Below are positions 37,001 to 50,400 of a stretch of DNA of 64,000 nucleotides, piece by piece. The notes beneath the pieces were generated by a model. The model was not told the origin of the DNA. It was given only the letters and a program-made list of their open reading frames with translations, and did not search any database. Position 1 is the first letter of the stretch; every line of letters starts with the position of its first letter. This stretch comes from Octopus sinensis (lineage: Eukaryota): assembly GCF_006345805.1 (NCBI RefSeq), contig NC_043001.1:38254001-38318000 (forward strand), given 5' to 3'. Made by a program: the position numbers and the translations under genes.

Positions 37001-40000
37001 TTCTTAGGCGCAAAGCAATCTTTTGTAGAGAAGACATTGGTACTTATTTTACGAAAAATAAGGCAAAGCTGACTGTCAATTAATGAATTCAGTAATAAGA
37101 TGCTAAAACATTCCAATGCCTTTTGATTCACTTGCAAACATATTTAAAACAGTGAACTACTAGTTTAGTTATTGATCACAGGTTCTATTTTGTAGGGTTG
37201 AGAATTGAACCAAAAATTCTTGTCTTGTGCATTTAACCTTTTAATATTCAGATTACTCTGTTGAATGTAATATTTATTTGTATGGTTTGAATTAATCATG
37301 CATTATCTCATAGCTTTGAGATTTTGTTGATGGGATTGTTTTATTCTTAGAATGACATTGTAGGATAAATTGGAAAAGCTGGATCTAGTCAGTTTGAACT
37401 TAAAACAGACAGAATATTTTGGTCAGATATGGCCTGTTTAAATGCTAAAGGGTTAGTGAATTAATATCATGAAATTAATGCATAGTTTGTAAAATTGTTT
37501 TGTAACATGTAACATTCTTTAATTTATTTTAAAAGTATCAGAGCTTGTCTATATGAATATTTTGTTATGAATTTAATACCTGATGTTATACCATTTGCTT
37601 CAAATAATTCAGTCTTTTATCCTTGCATGTAAAATTTTCTTTTCAAATTTTATATGTAATGTCAGTTATCTTGGAATACATTTCAATATTTGTTATTACA
37701 TATAAATCATTTTATTTTTCAAACAGCAATGTATATTATTGAAAAGTTTAAAACTTTTAATGTTCTTTAGGTGTCATCTATTTCAAAAATATGGTGATCC
37801 AATTCTGGCATGATCGTGAAGCTGAACAAGTATCAGATCCTTTGCCATTCAACATCCACGAACAGGATCGAGACGCTATTCGAAATAACATAATTGAAGC
37901 TGTCATTCACACCCCTGATACCATCAGGTAAAAGTCCTCTCTTTCTGCATGTTTTATATATCAGAAAATATGGGGTTTGAACATGGACAATTAATATTGT
38001 TGATTGGAGAAAAGCTGAACCTACTGGGTAAATTGTGTAGTAAACAAGTGTTTATCTGCAAATAATAACTACAACTGTTGCCAGATTCTGAACTGCATGA
38101 AACCGCAGTTTAAATAATGTTGTTTGGTTGAAAGCTGGAACTCTAATGTGAGAAACAAAGTTTAGCCTTATTTTGGAAAGATGTTCTTGTAAATGACTTC
38201 CAGTTTGGAATGTGGGTGTTTATGCATTTTATCAAGTGAGTTTTTCTAAAGTTTTCTTTCTTTAATTTTTAAGCTTAACCCTTTCGTTACCAAACCGCCC
38301 AAAGCCGCCCGAAAAAAATTTTGGTTCATGTGACCAAGCCGCCCAAAACCGCCCGCAATTAGCTATTCATATTTAAATGAGAATATCAGAACAAATCTCT
38401 TTAGTACATTCGTGAAAACACGTGATTATACTTCGTAAACAGTTCATCTACAATTTTGGGAGATTTTTTCCGAAATTTGTTCCTATTGTTTTTTCAAAAT
38501 TTGTAATTCTGACAAAAAATGGATACGAATTTCATTATATCAAGCAGCAAGTCAGAATTCGAAGGATTTTCTACTGAAGACCTTGATAAATCTAACTCTA
38601 TGACTGAAAAAAAAAAGCACGTGGTATTTGATAATGAATCCGATGTTTCATTTTCCGAAAATGAAAGCAGTGAATCCGAGAGTTCCGACAACGATAAAGA
38701 AAATGAATTGGCACCTGAATGGAGTGAAAATTTAAAAACTATTTTTTTCAGTGATTTTTCTGAAGAAACTGGACCAAGCCACAGTCTTTCCCAGGAGAGT
38801 AAAGCCTTAGACTATTTCTTTTTACTTTTTCGAATGAGCCTATTTGAAATCATTACGGTGGAAACGAACTGTTACCTAAATGCAAACAAAGCGAAAGAAA
38901 GGATAGTTTGTTGTTTCCCACAACCTTAAATGAAATTAAGGCCTATTTTGCCATAAATATTATTATGGGTATCAGAAAATTACGGCGGAAACGAACCGTT
39001 ACGCTAAATGTAAACAAAGCGAAAGAAAGGATAGTTTGTGATTTCCCACAACCTTAAATTAAATTAAGGCCTATTTTGCCATAAATATTATTATGAGTAT
39101 CAGAAAGTTACCCAGAATAACAAATTCTATGGTAAAATTTTGTTGTATACCCAATTGAATATTTTCTATAGCGATGTTTGAACAAAAATTTTAATAATTT
39201 TATATTTTGTTGAATTTACCTGTATCTACCTGCAATTAGTCACTTTGTGACAAAAATTATAGTATAGAATTGGTTGAGGACATTTCATTAAATTATCTTC
39301 CAAAAATCACATTAATATATTGATAAATAAAAAAGTTATAGTTTAAATTTATGATTGTTAGAAATTAATTGAAACACATAAGGGGTGTATTTTGGTCAGA
39401 AATATAGTAACGAAAGGGTTAATGACAATTTGTATCTCAAGTGGCAAGTTAGAATTTGGTAATAATATTTAATGATTTATTTTTATTTATTAAATGATTT
39501 TAATTAAACAAAGATTGTTTGAACTGGAAGTCGTATGTGTCATTTCAGTGTTATCCGTAAACACCATCTAAGTGACACCAATATTTATTGATTCTGAATA
39601 TGTGTGGTATTATGTAGTTGATATTGAATTCATGGTTTCATAAATGAATGGTTAGAATTTAAAAACAAAAAAGTATTTATTTACTGTTATGTTTTAAATG
39701 TAGGGTCCCTACATACTAGCAGGTTTATGAGGAGATCACATAATTGCAATAAATATAAATAACACTAATTCGTGGGGCCTTATAAAAATCTCTGAATGGA
39801 GAAGACATATCTTGTAAAGATTTTTCTAATGTAAATTATTCAGCTTCCAATTTACAAGGACTAAATGAAGCACACATTCAGCTCAGTGACAAAAATTGAT
39901 ATCTTGTAAATATATGTGCAAACACCTAAGTTTAATCAGTTTACTAGTATTCAACCTACTTAGGCAAGTGTAAGTGACATGACAACAGTTAAAGATAAAC

Positions 40001-43000
40001 AATCGACACAAATCATCATTAAATTTCATCTAAATCCAAGCAAGCAAGAGTTATATTATAATTTTATACAAGATAAACTACATTTTATCAAACTATAATT
40101 TCTAACAGGATTGGGAGATTTGGAGAAAGTACAACAGTTCTTTGAGTTAACATTTTACCTTCAATTGTTGCAATTATGAAGTTTCATTTATAATTTGATT
40201 CTATACTTTGAGATATATATATATAATCTGATTTAGTTGTTGATATTCTGTGATATAGTCATATGTAACTAAAGATCAGTTTTCTAAAGCATTTAATATC
40301 CTTTTTATCCTCCAGTACTCAGCTGTGTGTATGTCTCAGTACTATGATAAAATATGATTATCCGGGAAGATGGCCTGACCTTACAGAGAAGATTTCTAGG
40401 TACATACAATCTGAAGATCACCGTACATGGATGGGAGCTCTCATGTGTCTCTACCAATTAGTCAAAGTTTATGAGTGAGTTTCTCTTAGTCACATTTATT
40501 ATAACTACATCTATGGTTTGTTGTGTTGAATAACCCCAAAAATTTTATTTGTTCTCTTTGTAATTAATTTAAACTTGCAAAAGTTAAGACGAGCTCTTGT
40601 GCTTGATTAAGCCTGTTTAAAGTGGATGGTTGTTGCAGTTGTATTGAAATAATGCTTGATGAAAAAAATTGTATTACAAATGCAACGATTATTTTCATTA
40701 CAATGCCTCATGGTATATAATGGTAAGAAATTTTTATACTTGTTTTCAAAAGTAAGGTTGTACAAGTGTTTGAGACAGTGTAATATTATTGAATAACGCA
40801 ACATTTTAACCCCTCATTCCATAGCACAAAGCTATGGAATGAAGGGTGAGAGGAGAAGGAGCCAGAACAACAGGTTTGGTACTGTAGAGGAGTTATGTGG
40901 CTATTCACATTATAGAGGGGTTGGAAGTGGCTAGGGTGGATCTGGAAAGAGAGATAGAAATGGTGATGGTGAGTGTCAGAGTGGACCCTCATGATATGAG
41001 GTAAGGATGAGAACTTGAAGTGTGAGTGAGCAGAGGCTGTAGGAGAGTGGGAGATGGTTAGAGATAAGGAATGGATGAGGTGAATACAATGAACAAGTGT
41101 TAAGGGATGATAAGTAGAGAAGAATAGGTGGCAACTGTAGAAATTGAGTAGAGTTGGGGTTATCAGTGGTACACAAGTTGAGAGTAGAGGAGGGATGACA
41201 AACTGTAGAAAAAGGGATGGGTGGATGAGGAGCAGCATAATAATAATCCTTTTTACTGTAGGCACAAAGTCTGAAATTTGTGGGGAGGGGTTAAGTCAAT
41301 TACATTGATCCCAGTACTGAACTGGTACTTAATTTATTGATCCCGAAAGGATGAAAGGCGAAGTCAGCCGTGGCAGAATTTGAACTCAGAATGTAAGGTG
41401 GATGAAATGCTGCTAAGCATTTTGCCTGACAAGCTAATAATTCTGCCAGTGTGTCTCCTTGATGATGATGATAATAATACAGCAGACAGGAGAAGGATGA
41501 GAGAGATGGCATGTGGTTGGGTTGGTTGTAAGAATCTGTGGCAAAACTAGTGGATGAGAGAGGAAGAGATGTATGATGGTAAGGAAGAGATAATTTGATG
41601 GAGAGTGGTCAATGTAAAATGTGAGTGGAGAGGACAATGTTAAGAAAGATGGATAATGAATGTAGTTCAGGGAATAAGGATAAGTACTATCAGGGGAAAA
41701 CTGAAGTATGCAGTTCTTACACTTAATTACAGCAGCAGAATAATGCAGTTAGCGAAATGATGGGTGGTGGGAATATTTTGAGGAAATTGGGTGTGTGAAG
41801 GGGAGGCAGTTGATCACATTTTGCTTCCAGAACCTCAGTTTTGCCAAGAGGAGTGAGTCTCCTTGAGAACTGCATGTCACCAGTCATCCAGGCCCTTTAT
41901 CATTTTCCTCCATGATGTTCAAGGACCTGAGATCAGACTTGGCCACTTTGTCCCATGTCTTCTTGGGCCTTGCTTTTCCACAGAATTCATTCACATTAAT
42001 TGGTACTTTTTTTATACAGCGGTCCTTATAAATATGCATCACACATCCACACCAATGCACTCTTCTTTCTTGCACACTATATCCAATTCCTCTTATGTCA
42101 TGCATCCAATGAAACTTGCTAGCTTTATTTATTTACAGTTTTCTCTTTTTTTCTTTTGCATTTAAGGCTCATGTCTCACTCATGCTGCATCACAGTTCTA
42201 ACACAAGCATCATACAATCTGCCCTTTACTCTGAAGGGAAAAAAAACCTTTGTTACTAGCAGCAGTTGTAACTTCCTGAACTTTTTTTCAACTGTTTTTA
42301 CCATTGTTTCTATATTTCTGGAACCACCACCTTCCTTGCTAATTTTATCTCCTGTGTAACAGATGCTATCAACAACATCTAAAGATCCATCCAAGCATTT
42401 AAGAGAATCTATTTGTGTGTGCTCATTGTGCAAACTGTTGCATATGAAATTTACTTTCTCTGTTTGTCTACCTGTGATTCTACTACACGTCTTGTGGGTC
42501 TGTAGCTTACAACATACGGAGTTTATGCCTTCTCTTTTTTGCATATTGTGCAAGGTTATTTCCCTGAAGATATGAAGGTGTTGTCTTCTATCCTTCTTAG
42601 TCTTTGCTAAGTTTTGAGTCTTGGTTCCAGATTTAAATTCCATGCTAGAATTCTTTAATTTCCTTTAGATTCAGCTAGGAGAACACCAACATACAGGAGT
42701 TCCAATGGACAATTAGTCTTAAACTTCTGTGATGGTTTGTAAGACTATGATGAATAGGAGAGAATTGAGGGCTGAGCCTTGATGAACACTCAAATACATC
42801 ACTGTAATTGTTAACTCTCTACTTTCTGTTTTCCATCTGAAAATGAAAAACTCCTGATAGACTGCACCATTGTAATATGTTAGTGTCACTAGCCCATTCT
42901 TTATTAAATCTTCTGTATCCAATGTACTGTTATATCTCCCAGATGTTTTTATAGAAGAACCTACATGCCAATTGTAACAAAACAATATACACAACTATGA

Positions 43001-44396
43001 ATATAATGCTACCTGTCACTTCATAACCATAAACACACTGTCATCCATATGCAACAGAGACATCAAATTTTTACTATCTCCATAAATAAACATAAAAAAA
43101 AATACTTTGCTGGAAGACATGATGCATCCTAATATCTATCATTGACAGTACCAGGACACTATTTGCTAAATATATCAAGTAAACAGTTTTGCACACTTTC
43201 TACTTGAGAAATGCACATATCCTGACAGTCACTATGAGCCTATATGGAACTGCTACATGGTCACAATGTAGAAATAGCAGTCAGTATTTTTCCATTACCT
43301 TATTGTCTGAAAGACCCTAGAGCACATTGGACAATATAGTTATGGACATATGTTACAAAGATGTCACACCTGGGACATCTTTATGTTCTGTCAGTTAGCA
43401 ATGGTTTGAAGCTAAACAAAAATCAGTTGCTCTCATTATTTCTAATGAATTCTCATGGTGACTTCATAACTTACCAAAACCACATCTCCAGGCTAGAAAA
43501 TACTAGACTCCTGATTAGTAGGGGTCCTCTACAAAGTGCAGGTAAAATTGTCAGTGGAATGTTGCTTACATATCTGAAACAAGACTAGGTTGCATCTCAA
43601 AGGGATTATCTAGCTGATCGATGAAGATTAATCGTTAATGTTTAAGAACTACTATGAGGTGATATGAAAGAGTTTCTAGACTAGTTATGTTTGATAAAAA
43701 AAATAACTTATTTACACCAGTCCCAGTATTCCTGCTACTTTTGGAATGGGGCCTGGAAGTTGTTCTCTGTAAGCAAGTTGAGAACCTACAATTTGATCTT
43801 GACAATGGCATACTACCTTGTGAAGGTCATAGCTAGCTCTCACTGCACATACAACTGTGTGCTGCCATCTGTTGGTGTGCTACAGAACTAGTCTGGGAAC
43901 TTTTTGATACCACCTTGTAGCTTATGGATTAAAAAGAGCTTTTTTTTTTACTGGATTGATCCTGAGAAAGGGATGTACTCATAACCTTCATAGGCCTTTT
44001 GAGACACATCAGTACTGTAAAGAAAAGAACATGAACAGAGAGTGAATTCCAGAGAACCAACATTCTAGGGAAGAAGGGCTGAGAAATTAGTGTAGGGTTT
44101 TAAAGATAGTGAAGGATACAGGCGAGGTGACAAAAAGGGGAGATGAGTAATTCTGGAGTATCTGAGTAGAGATAACATGTGGCTAGCTAGTCTGAGGAGC
44201 AAAGGCTCCTGTATTACCTGCAGAAATGGCTGACAGAAAAGGGGGTATATTTATGGGCCGGAGGTTTAAGTGACTTCATACCAATGTCAATTCTTGGTGG
44301 GATGGTCTAACATGCCTAACACTAACCACAGCCTCCTGTATCTTTTCTACTATTGTTACAATAGTTTCTTTTCCACTGAACTAGTTGGCTTCATAA

Positions 44397-44431
<35 letters not shown>

Positions 44432-47400
44432 CTTTGCTTGTACACCTGTGTCTCCTTTTCTCATTACAGCCATCATCCTATTTCCCTAATCCTGCACTAA
44501 ACACTTTAATAAATAAATTCCTATACTTTCAACTGTTTGTAATTCCTTCCTTGCCCATGTCTTTCCTGTTGGCATCAACTATAAATATAAAACCAAGCAT
44601 TTTTTATTGTATTTTGTAATTCTAAAAAGTCCTACAAAGTTAACGAGAATTTACTCTTAGAAAAGCTAGTTATGATAATTTCCCAACAATGATTTTTATG
44701 TTTGGCTTTATAAATTTTCATTTTACTTGCTTTTCATTTATAACAGCTGTTTTCATTAACAAAAGGTTCTTTACCAAATCTGTTTCATAATTTTTGTCTC
44801 AAAGTGAATCTGATTAGAGGTAAATACAACAAAATGCATTAAGTTTTGTTTATACATCAGCATAGAAAATGAGTTATTAGCTAATATTCAGTGAGTATGC
44901 AGCCAAATTTTTATAATTGAGAAGAATTGTGCAAATTACTGGGTTGCCTACCAGTTGAACTTAATGCACATAAAACAAGTATACCATAAAGGTGAAACAA
45001 TGAAATATTGGAATTTGTCTTTGAAGAAAATTGGGAAATGAAATACATGCCATCAACTAAATGAAATAAATTTACATAAAAATACATGCAAGCACATGTA
45101 ACAATGATTCACAAACCATTTTAATCAAAATTTGTCACACATCTTGCTGGTAAATTAAAATTAGAAATCAAATAGAAATTAGGTAAATTTGAAAAAAAAA
45201 AATTTACACACACATACAAATACAATTTCTACAATTCCTCATATTTTAAATTTTCTTGAAAGTATATGGGGAAACCTCAAACTTATCTTTTTTTTTGGGT
45301 GTTTATGTTGTGTGTAATGATTTGCTTCTGCTGTAATCACTTCAAAGAAAAAGTAAAAAAAAACAAAAAAAACAAACAAACTATAATTTGATGGTTTTAT
45401 TTCCTTGGAAAGGCTGTGGCTAGGTTTAGTATCTTCTAAAAATGATAGAAAAGCAGTTTTTTTATTCAGGTACAAATTCTTAATTTTTTTTTATGGGAAC
45501 TGTTATTAGACTCCTTTCGCTCTCAGGAAAAAGAAATAGCTGATTTATAATCACACGTGGTTTTTATGTTTGCTGTATATTTTCTTAAGATTTTTCTCTT
45601 TTGAAAAGGATTTGAATTTAAACTTGCTGCTTGACAGCATGAAACTTGTATCCAGTTTTTTTCCATAGTGAAACATTTTAGAAAATGAAAATGTGTGTGT
45701 GTGTGTGGGGGGGGGGATCTCCAAATATTAGCAGCACTCAGATATGATGTAAAATAATGTTGGACAGTGTAACTCAGAAATCCAAGTTAGCTTGTTTTAA
45801 TTTCTCTGATGTGTTTGTGATATAAATTAGCTATTGATGTCATATTAAATTTCTTGTCATTAAAGGAATTATATTAAACATATACTGATTTTGAACTATT
45901 TTCCCTGTAGATAAAGACCTACAGTTGTGTATGTTTCTTGATTTTGCAGATATAAAAGATTAAGTGACCGAGAAATACTTCATCAAGCCATGGTGGTCCA
46001 TTTACCTCTTATCTACAAGATGATGCTTCAGATAATGCCAGATCCATCCATTGAATCAAATCTTTTACAAAAGCAAATTTTAAAAATATTTTATGCATTA
46101 ATACAAGTAAGTTTATTTCAAGCCTGCAGAAACTGTTCTCAATCCATCACATAATTAATGTAGTGCAGGACACCTATACAATTATTGTCAAATTCAATTT
46201 ACTGTATTGTATACAAGCTTAAATTCTGTTGTGGCTCGTAAAACAATTTCCAGAAATAAATTGTATAAAGTCACTCTTACAGTGAAATAGTTAATAGAAT
46301 ACTGGTGTTTATTCTGTTCTAACTTGCTGTAAAAAGATTTAGATATTAGGACTCATTAGGATTTAATCAAGAATAAGATTTTCATATAGTAAAGTGCAGG
46401 TACAGGGTACGTGAAATTGTATCAAAATATCAGATAAAAACAAATTTCTTATAGATGACATCTTTACATATTTTTGAGATAACTTTTATTTATTGAAAAG
46501 TTTATCAAGTATAATCTTTCACGTAAGATCATTAGAAATATTACTTTAGCTAAAGTGCTATTGTCAAATTCAAGTAACCTTACTTATTCCTTGGATAACT
46601 CGTATTAGGAAATACTAGTGCTAGTACATCTAGTGATCCTGAACTTTTAAAATCTAGCTAAAGTAATATTGTTTTGAATATTTCAGAATTTTCTCCCATT
46701 GAATTTGATTGACCAAGAAGTATTTACTCGCTGGATGGAAATAATTCGCCAAATAGTTGATCGTGCAATTCCTGAGGTAAATAAATATTATGTTTAGCTT
46801 CTAGACAATCTTATTTGTAGAGATGTTTTGATAAGCTATGTTAATTTTGCTACATTATCTTAGTTGGTTGAGTTCAAGAAAAATTTACTTTTTAATGTTG
46901 TAATACCACTCATGTAAAATATATATTTAAGATTAAATAATTGTCTCACAATATTTTTCTTCATTCTCCTATCTTGAAGGCTGCTAATCAAGTGGATGAA
47001 GAGGAGCGACCAGGTCTACCTTGGTGGAAAGTTAAAAAATGGGCTTTACATATTCTGGCAAGGACATTCGAACGGTATTGAAATTTTTTTATTTTTGTTA
47101 CAAGATTTTCAGGAAAAGGAATCCATATAATCTATAATTATTTCACAAGAATTTAAATACAGTAATCACTCATCATATTGCGGTTCACTTATTGCGCCCT
47201 CAATACATTGCAAATTTTTCTGGCTAATATGTGTAAATTTATATCATGGACTCCTCAGTATATTGTGGGTTTCTGCTGCTGATAGGTATTTATATTTTTA
47301 GAGATTTTAATTATTTCAGTGGTAAAATAAGCATTTTCACGCCTAAATATTAATAAATAGATAAAAGTACAGTATAGTACTGCACTGTGTAACACATTAA

Positions 47401-50400
47401 ATATATTAAAAGAAAATACATAGTGTGCTATAGTGAATAAACAAAGAATTGCACATGCTGTATGGAAAATGAAACTTGGGAGGCAAAAAAAAAAGAGAAG
47501 ACATGGGTACTCCTAAGGGTGTGGGGAGAGTTTATAAAAGCTCAAATATATAAAATTCGATATTTTATTTAACTTAAATAAGATGAACCCCTATAGTTGG
47601 CTTTTGTTGACTTGGAGAATGCCTTTGACAGGGTCCCCTGATCCCTCATCTGGTGGGCGGTGTGGAAACTAGGGATAGACGAGTAGTTAATACGAGCTGT
47701 ACAGGCCCTGTACAAGAATGCTGCCAGTAAAGTAAGGGTCGGCAACGAGTATAGTGAAGCCCCCTCTTATTCATCATAGTCCTCCAGACAATAATAGAGG
47801 AACCCAAGACTGGCTGCCCCTGGGAGCTCCTCCATGCTGATGACCTTGCTCTCATAGCAGAATCACTACCAGAACTAGAGAAGAAATTTTGGGTGTGGAA
47901 GCAAGGTTTAGAATCAAAGGGCCTTAGAGACAATGTTGCAAAAACCAGTACTAGTAAGTTGGAAGGCAAGCAAATCATAAACCACCTCAGGTAGATGGCC
48001 CTGCGTGATCTGTAGAAAAGATGTAGGTAGAAACTCCATAAGATGTACCCAGTGTAATCTATGGCCGCATAAGAGGTGCCACAACATCAAAGGAAGGTTA
48101 ACTGGGATGATAGCTTTTGTGTGCGGCAGATGCACAGGGGCAATAAACATGAAGCTGTTCAGAAAACAGATTCCATCACATGCCAGGGGAGAAACTAGAA
48201 GTAGTTGATAGCTTCTGCTACCTAGGTGAACAAGTCTGTAGTGGGGATGGATGGTCTGAGAGCATTCCCACTAAAAAAAGAATATCCTGGGCAAAGTTCA
48301 GAAAGCTCCTACCTCTGCTGGTGACAACAGGCCTTGCTCAGAGTGAAAGGCAGACTGTATGATGCATGTGTGTGTACTGCCATGCTACATGGCAGGGAAG
48401 CATGGGCCATGACTGTTGTAGACATGTAGGCTTGAAAGAAATGAAGCTTGTATGATCTGCTGGAGGTGTAATGTCAGTGTGCACACACAACAGTGTGTAA
48501 GCGGCCTGAGAGAAATGTTGGACATAGAAGCATCAGATGTGGTGTGTAAGAAGGACAACTGCACTGGTATGGTCATGTACTACGGAGGAATGAAGAGAGC
48601 TGTGTGAAGTGTCACTCCCCTACAGTCAAAGGAACTCGCGGAAGAGGGAGACCCAGGAAGACATGGGATGAAGTGGTGAAACACAGCCATCGAACATTGG
48701 GCCTCACAATGACAAGAGACCAAGATCTCTGGAGATATGCTGTGATTGAGAAGACCCGGCAAGTAAAGTCAGATCACAGCTGTAGCCTATACCAGTGTCA
48801 CATAACCAGCCCATTTGAAAAGTACCTTTGAATTGTCGGGTGACATGCCGTGCTTGAGGAGACCAAGTAAAATCAAAATCAGAATCTCAATCAAATCGAA
48901 ATCAAAATGGAAACTGTAGTTGTGGCCAATGCCAGTGCTACTTGACTGGCTTCCCGTGCTGGTGGCTTGTAAAAAGCACCATCCGAATGGTGGCTGGTGC
49001 CAGTGCTGCCTGATTGGCTTCCATGCCGATGGCACATAAAAAGCACCCACTACACTGAGTGGTTGGCATTAGGAAGGGCATTCAGCTGTAGAAATCTTGC
49101 CAGATCAGATTGGAACCTGGTGCAGCTTCCTGGTTTTCTAGTCTCCAGTCAGGCTGTCCACCTCATGCCAGCATGAAAAACAGATGTTAAACAATGATAA
49201 TGATAAACATATACAAATTATAAAAATAGTATACAGTACTGTTTCTAGTTCGCAGATTTTCACGTATTGCTGGGGCTTTTGGATTGTAACACCCGTGATA
49301 GTTGAGGGATTACTGTAATATAATTTGAATATTTTTTGTGATTTCTTTTAACTATTACTGTAATTTCTTAATAGTTAAATAACATTTAAAAGAAAAAAAA
49401 AACGCATAGCATTTGCTTCCTCACCTACAAACAATATAAATGGAACCAAACTTTTATATAAGAACTGTCTTAGCTAACTTGAACATCATTAAATCTTTTT
49501 AGTTTGTTTTATCCATGTGGAATTTGATATTTTATTTAACTTAAAATCTTTCTGCTTTTAAAGAAAGATCATTCCTTGTTTGATATGTATTGCATTCTGA
49601 TAATTGATATTGTTTTAGCACCTATTTTCCATGCTTGCATGGATCAGACAAGACTACATATCCCTATTATTCAGTAGATATATATTTATATACTTATAGG
49701 TATGGCAGCCCTGGTAATGTAATCAAAGACTATACAGAGTTTGCTAATTGGTACCTGAAAAGCTTTACTTGTGAGTTTTTCCGTTTCAATTATTTTTTTT
49801 ATGAATGGTTTCACAATTTTTGTGATATAAAAATAGTTGATATAGATTTTATATCTTGTACCACTGAAATGTTACTATATTAGAATATGTGTGCCTGTTA
49901 CAAATTTGTGGAAGCAAGAGATTTCACTTATTTTGATTTTTGGTTAAAATCTATCCCAATGGTCTGTTTCAACTTTTCATATAAATATATTTGTATTTAT
50001 CTTTTAAAATGGAAATTTTAAAAGAAAATTTTCATTTTTTAATTTAAGCTCTGCATTAGGTTATTAGATTTATATTTTAGCAACTATCATTGTTAAGTCC
50101 TGAATTTCTCTTCAGACTTCTACTAAAAACTTCTCAAATTTAATGTATTTGCAGCCCACTGAGTAGTTGGTGTATCAGGTGCATTTTATTGTCCACAGAC
50201 ACTAAAGATGTTACCCTGTGTGGAGAGTCTCTTCTAATGTGCATTAGTTATTATTCAGGGTTACTGCCCTCCTCTGTTTATCTAGTCTTATTGCTCTGGG
50301 ATGGTGGGCTGCAATCTCAACATCTGTGGGTCTGTACAGATCTCAATGATAGGGAATTCAGTTTTAGGTACTGGGAGAGATGTTGCAGCAGTATTTTAAA

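Noticed and set aside
41376-41450. tRNA gene
   Set aside because: A/B boxes are present but there is no cloverleaf and the sequence continues into a SINE body.
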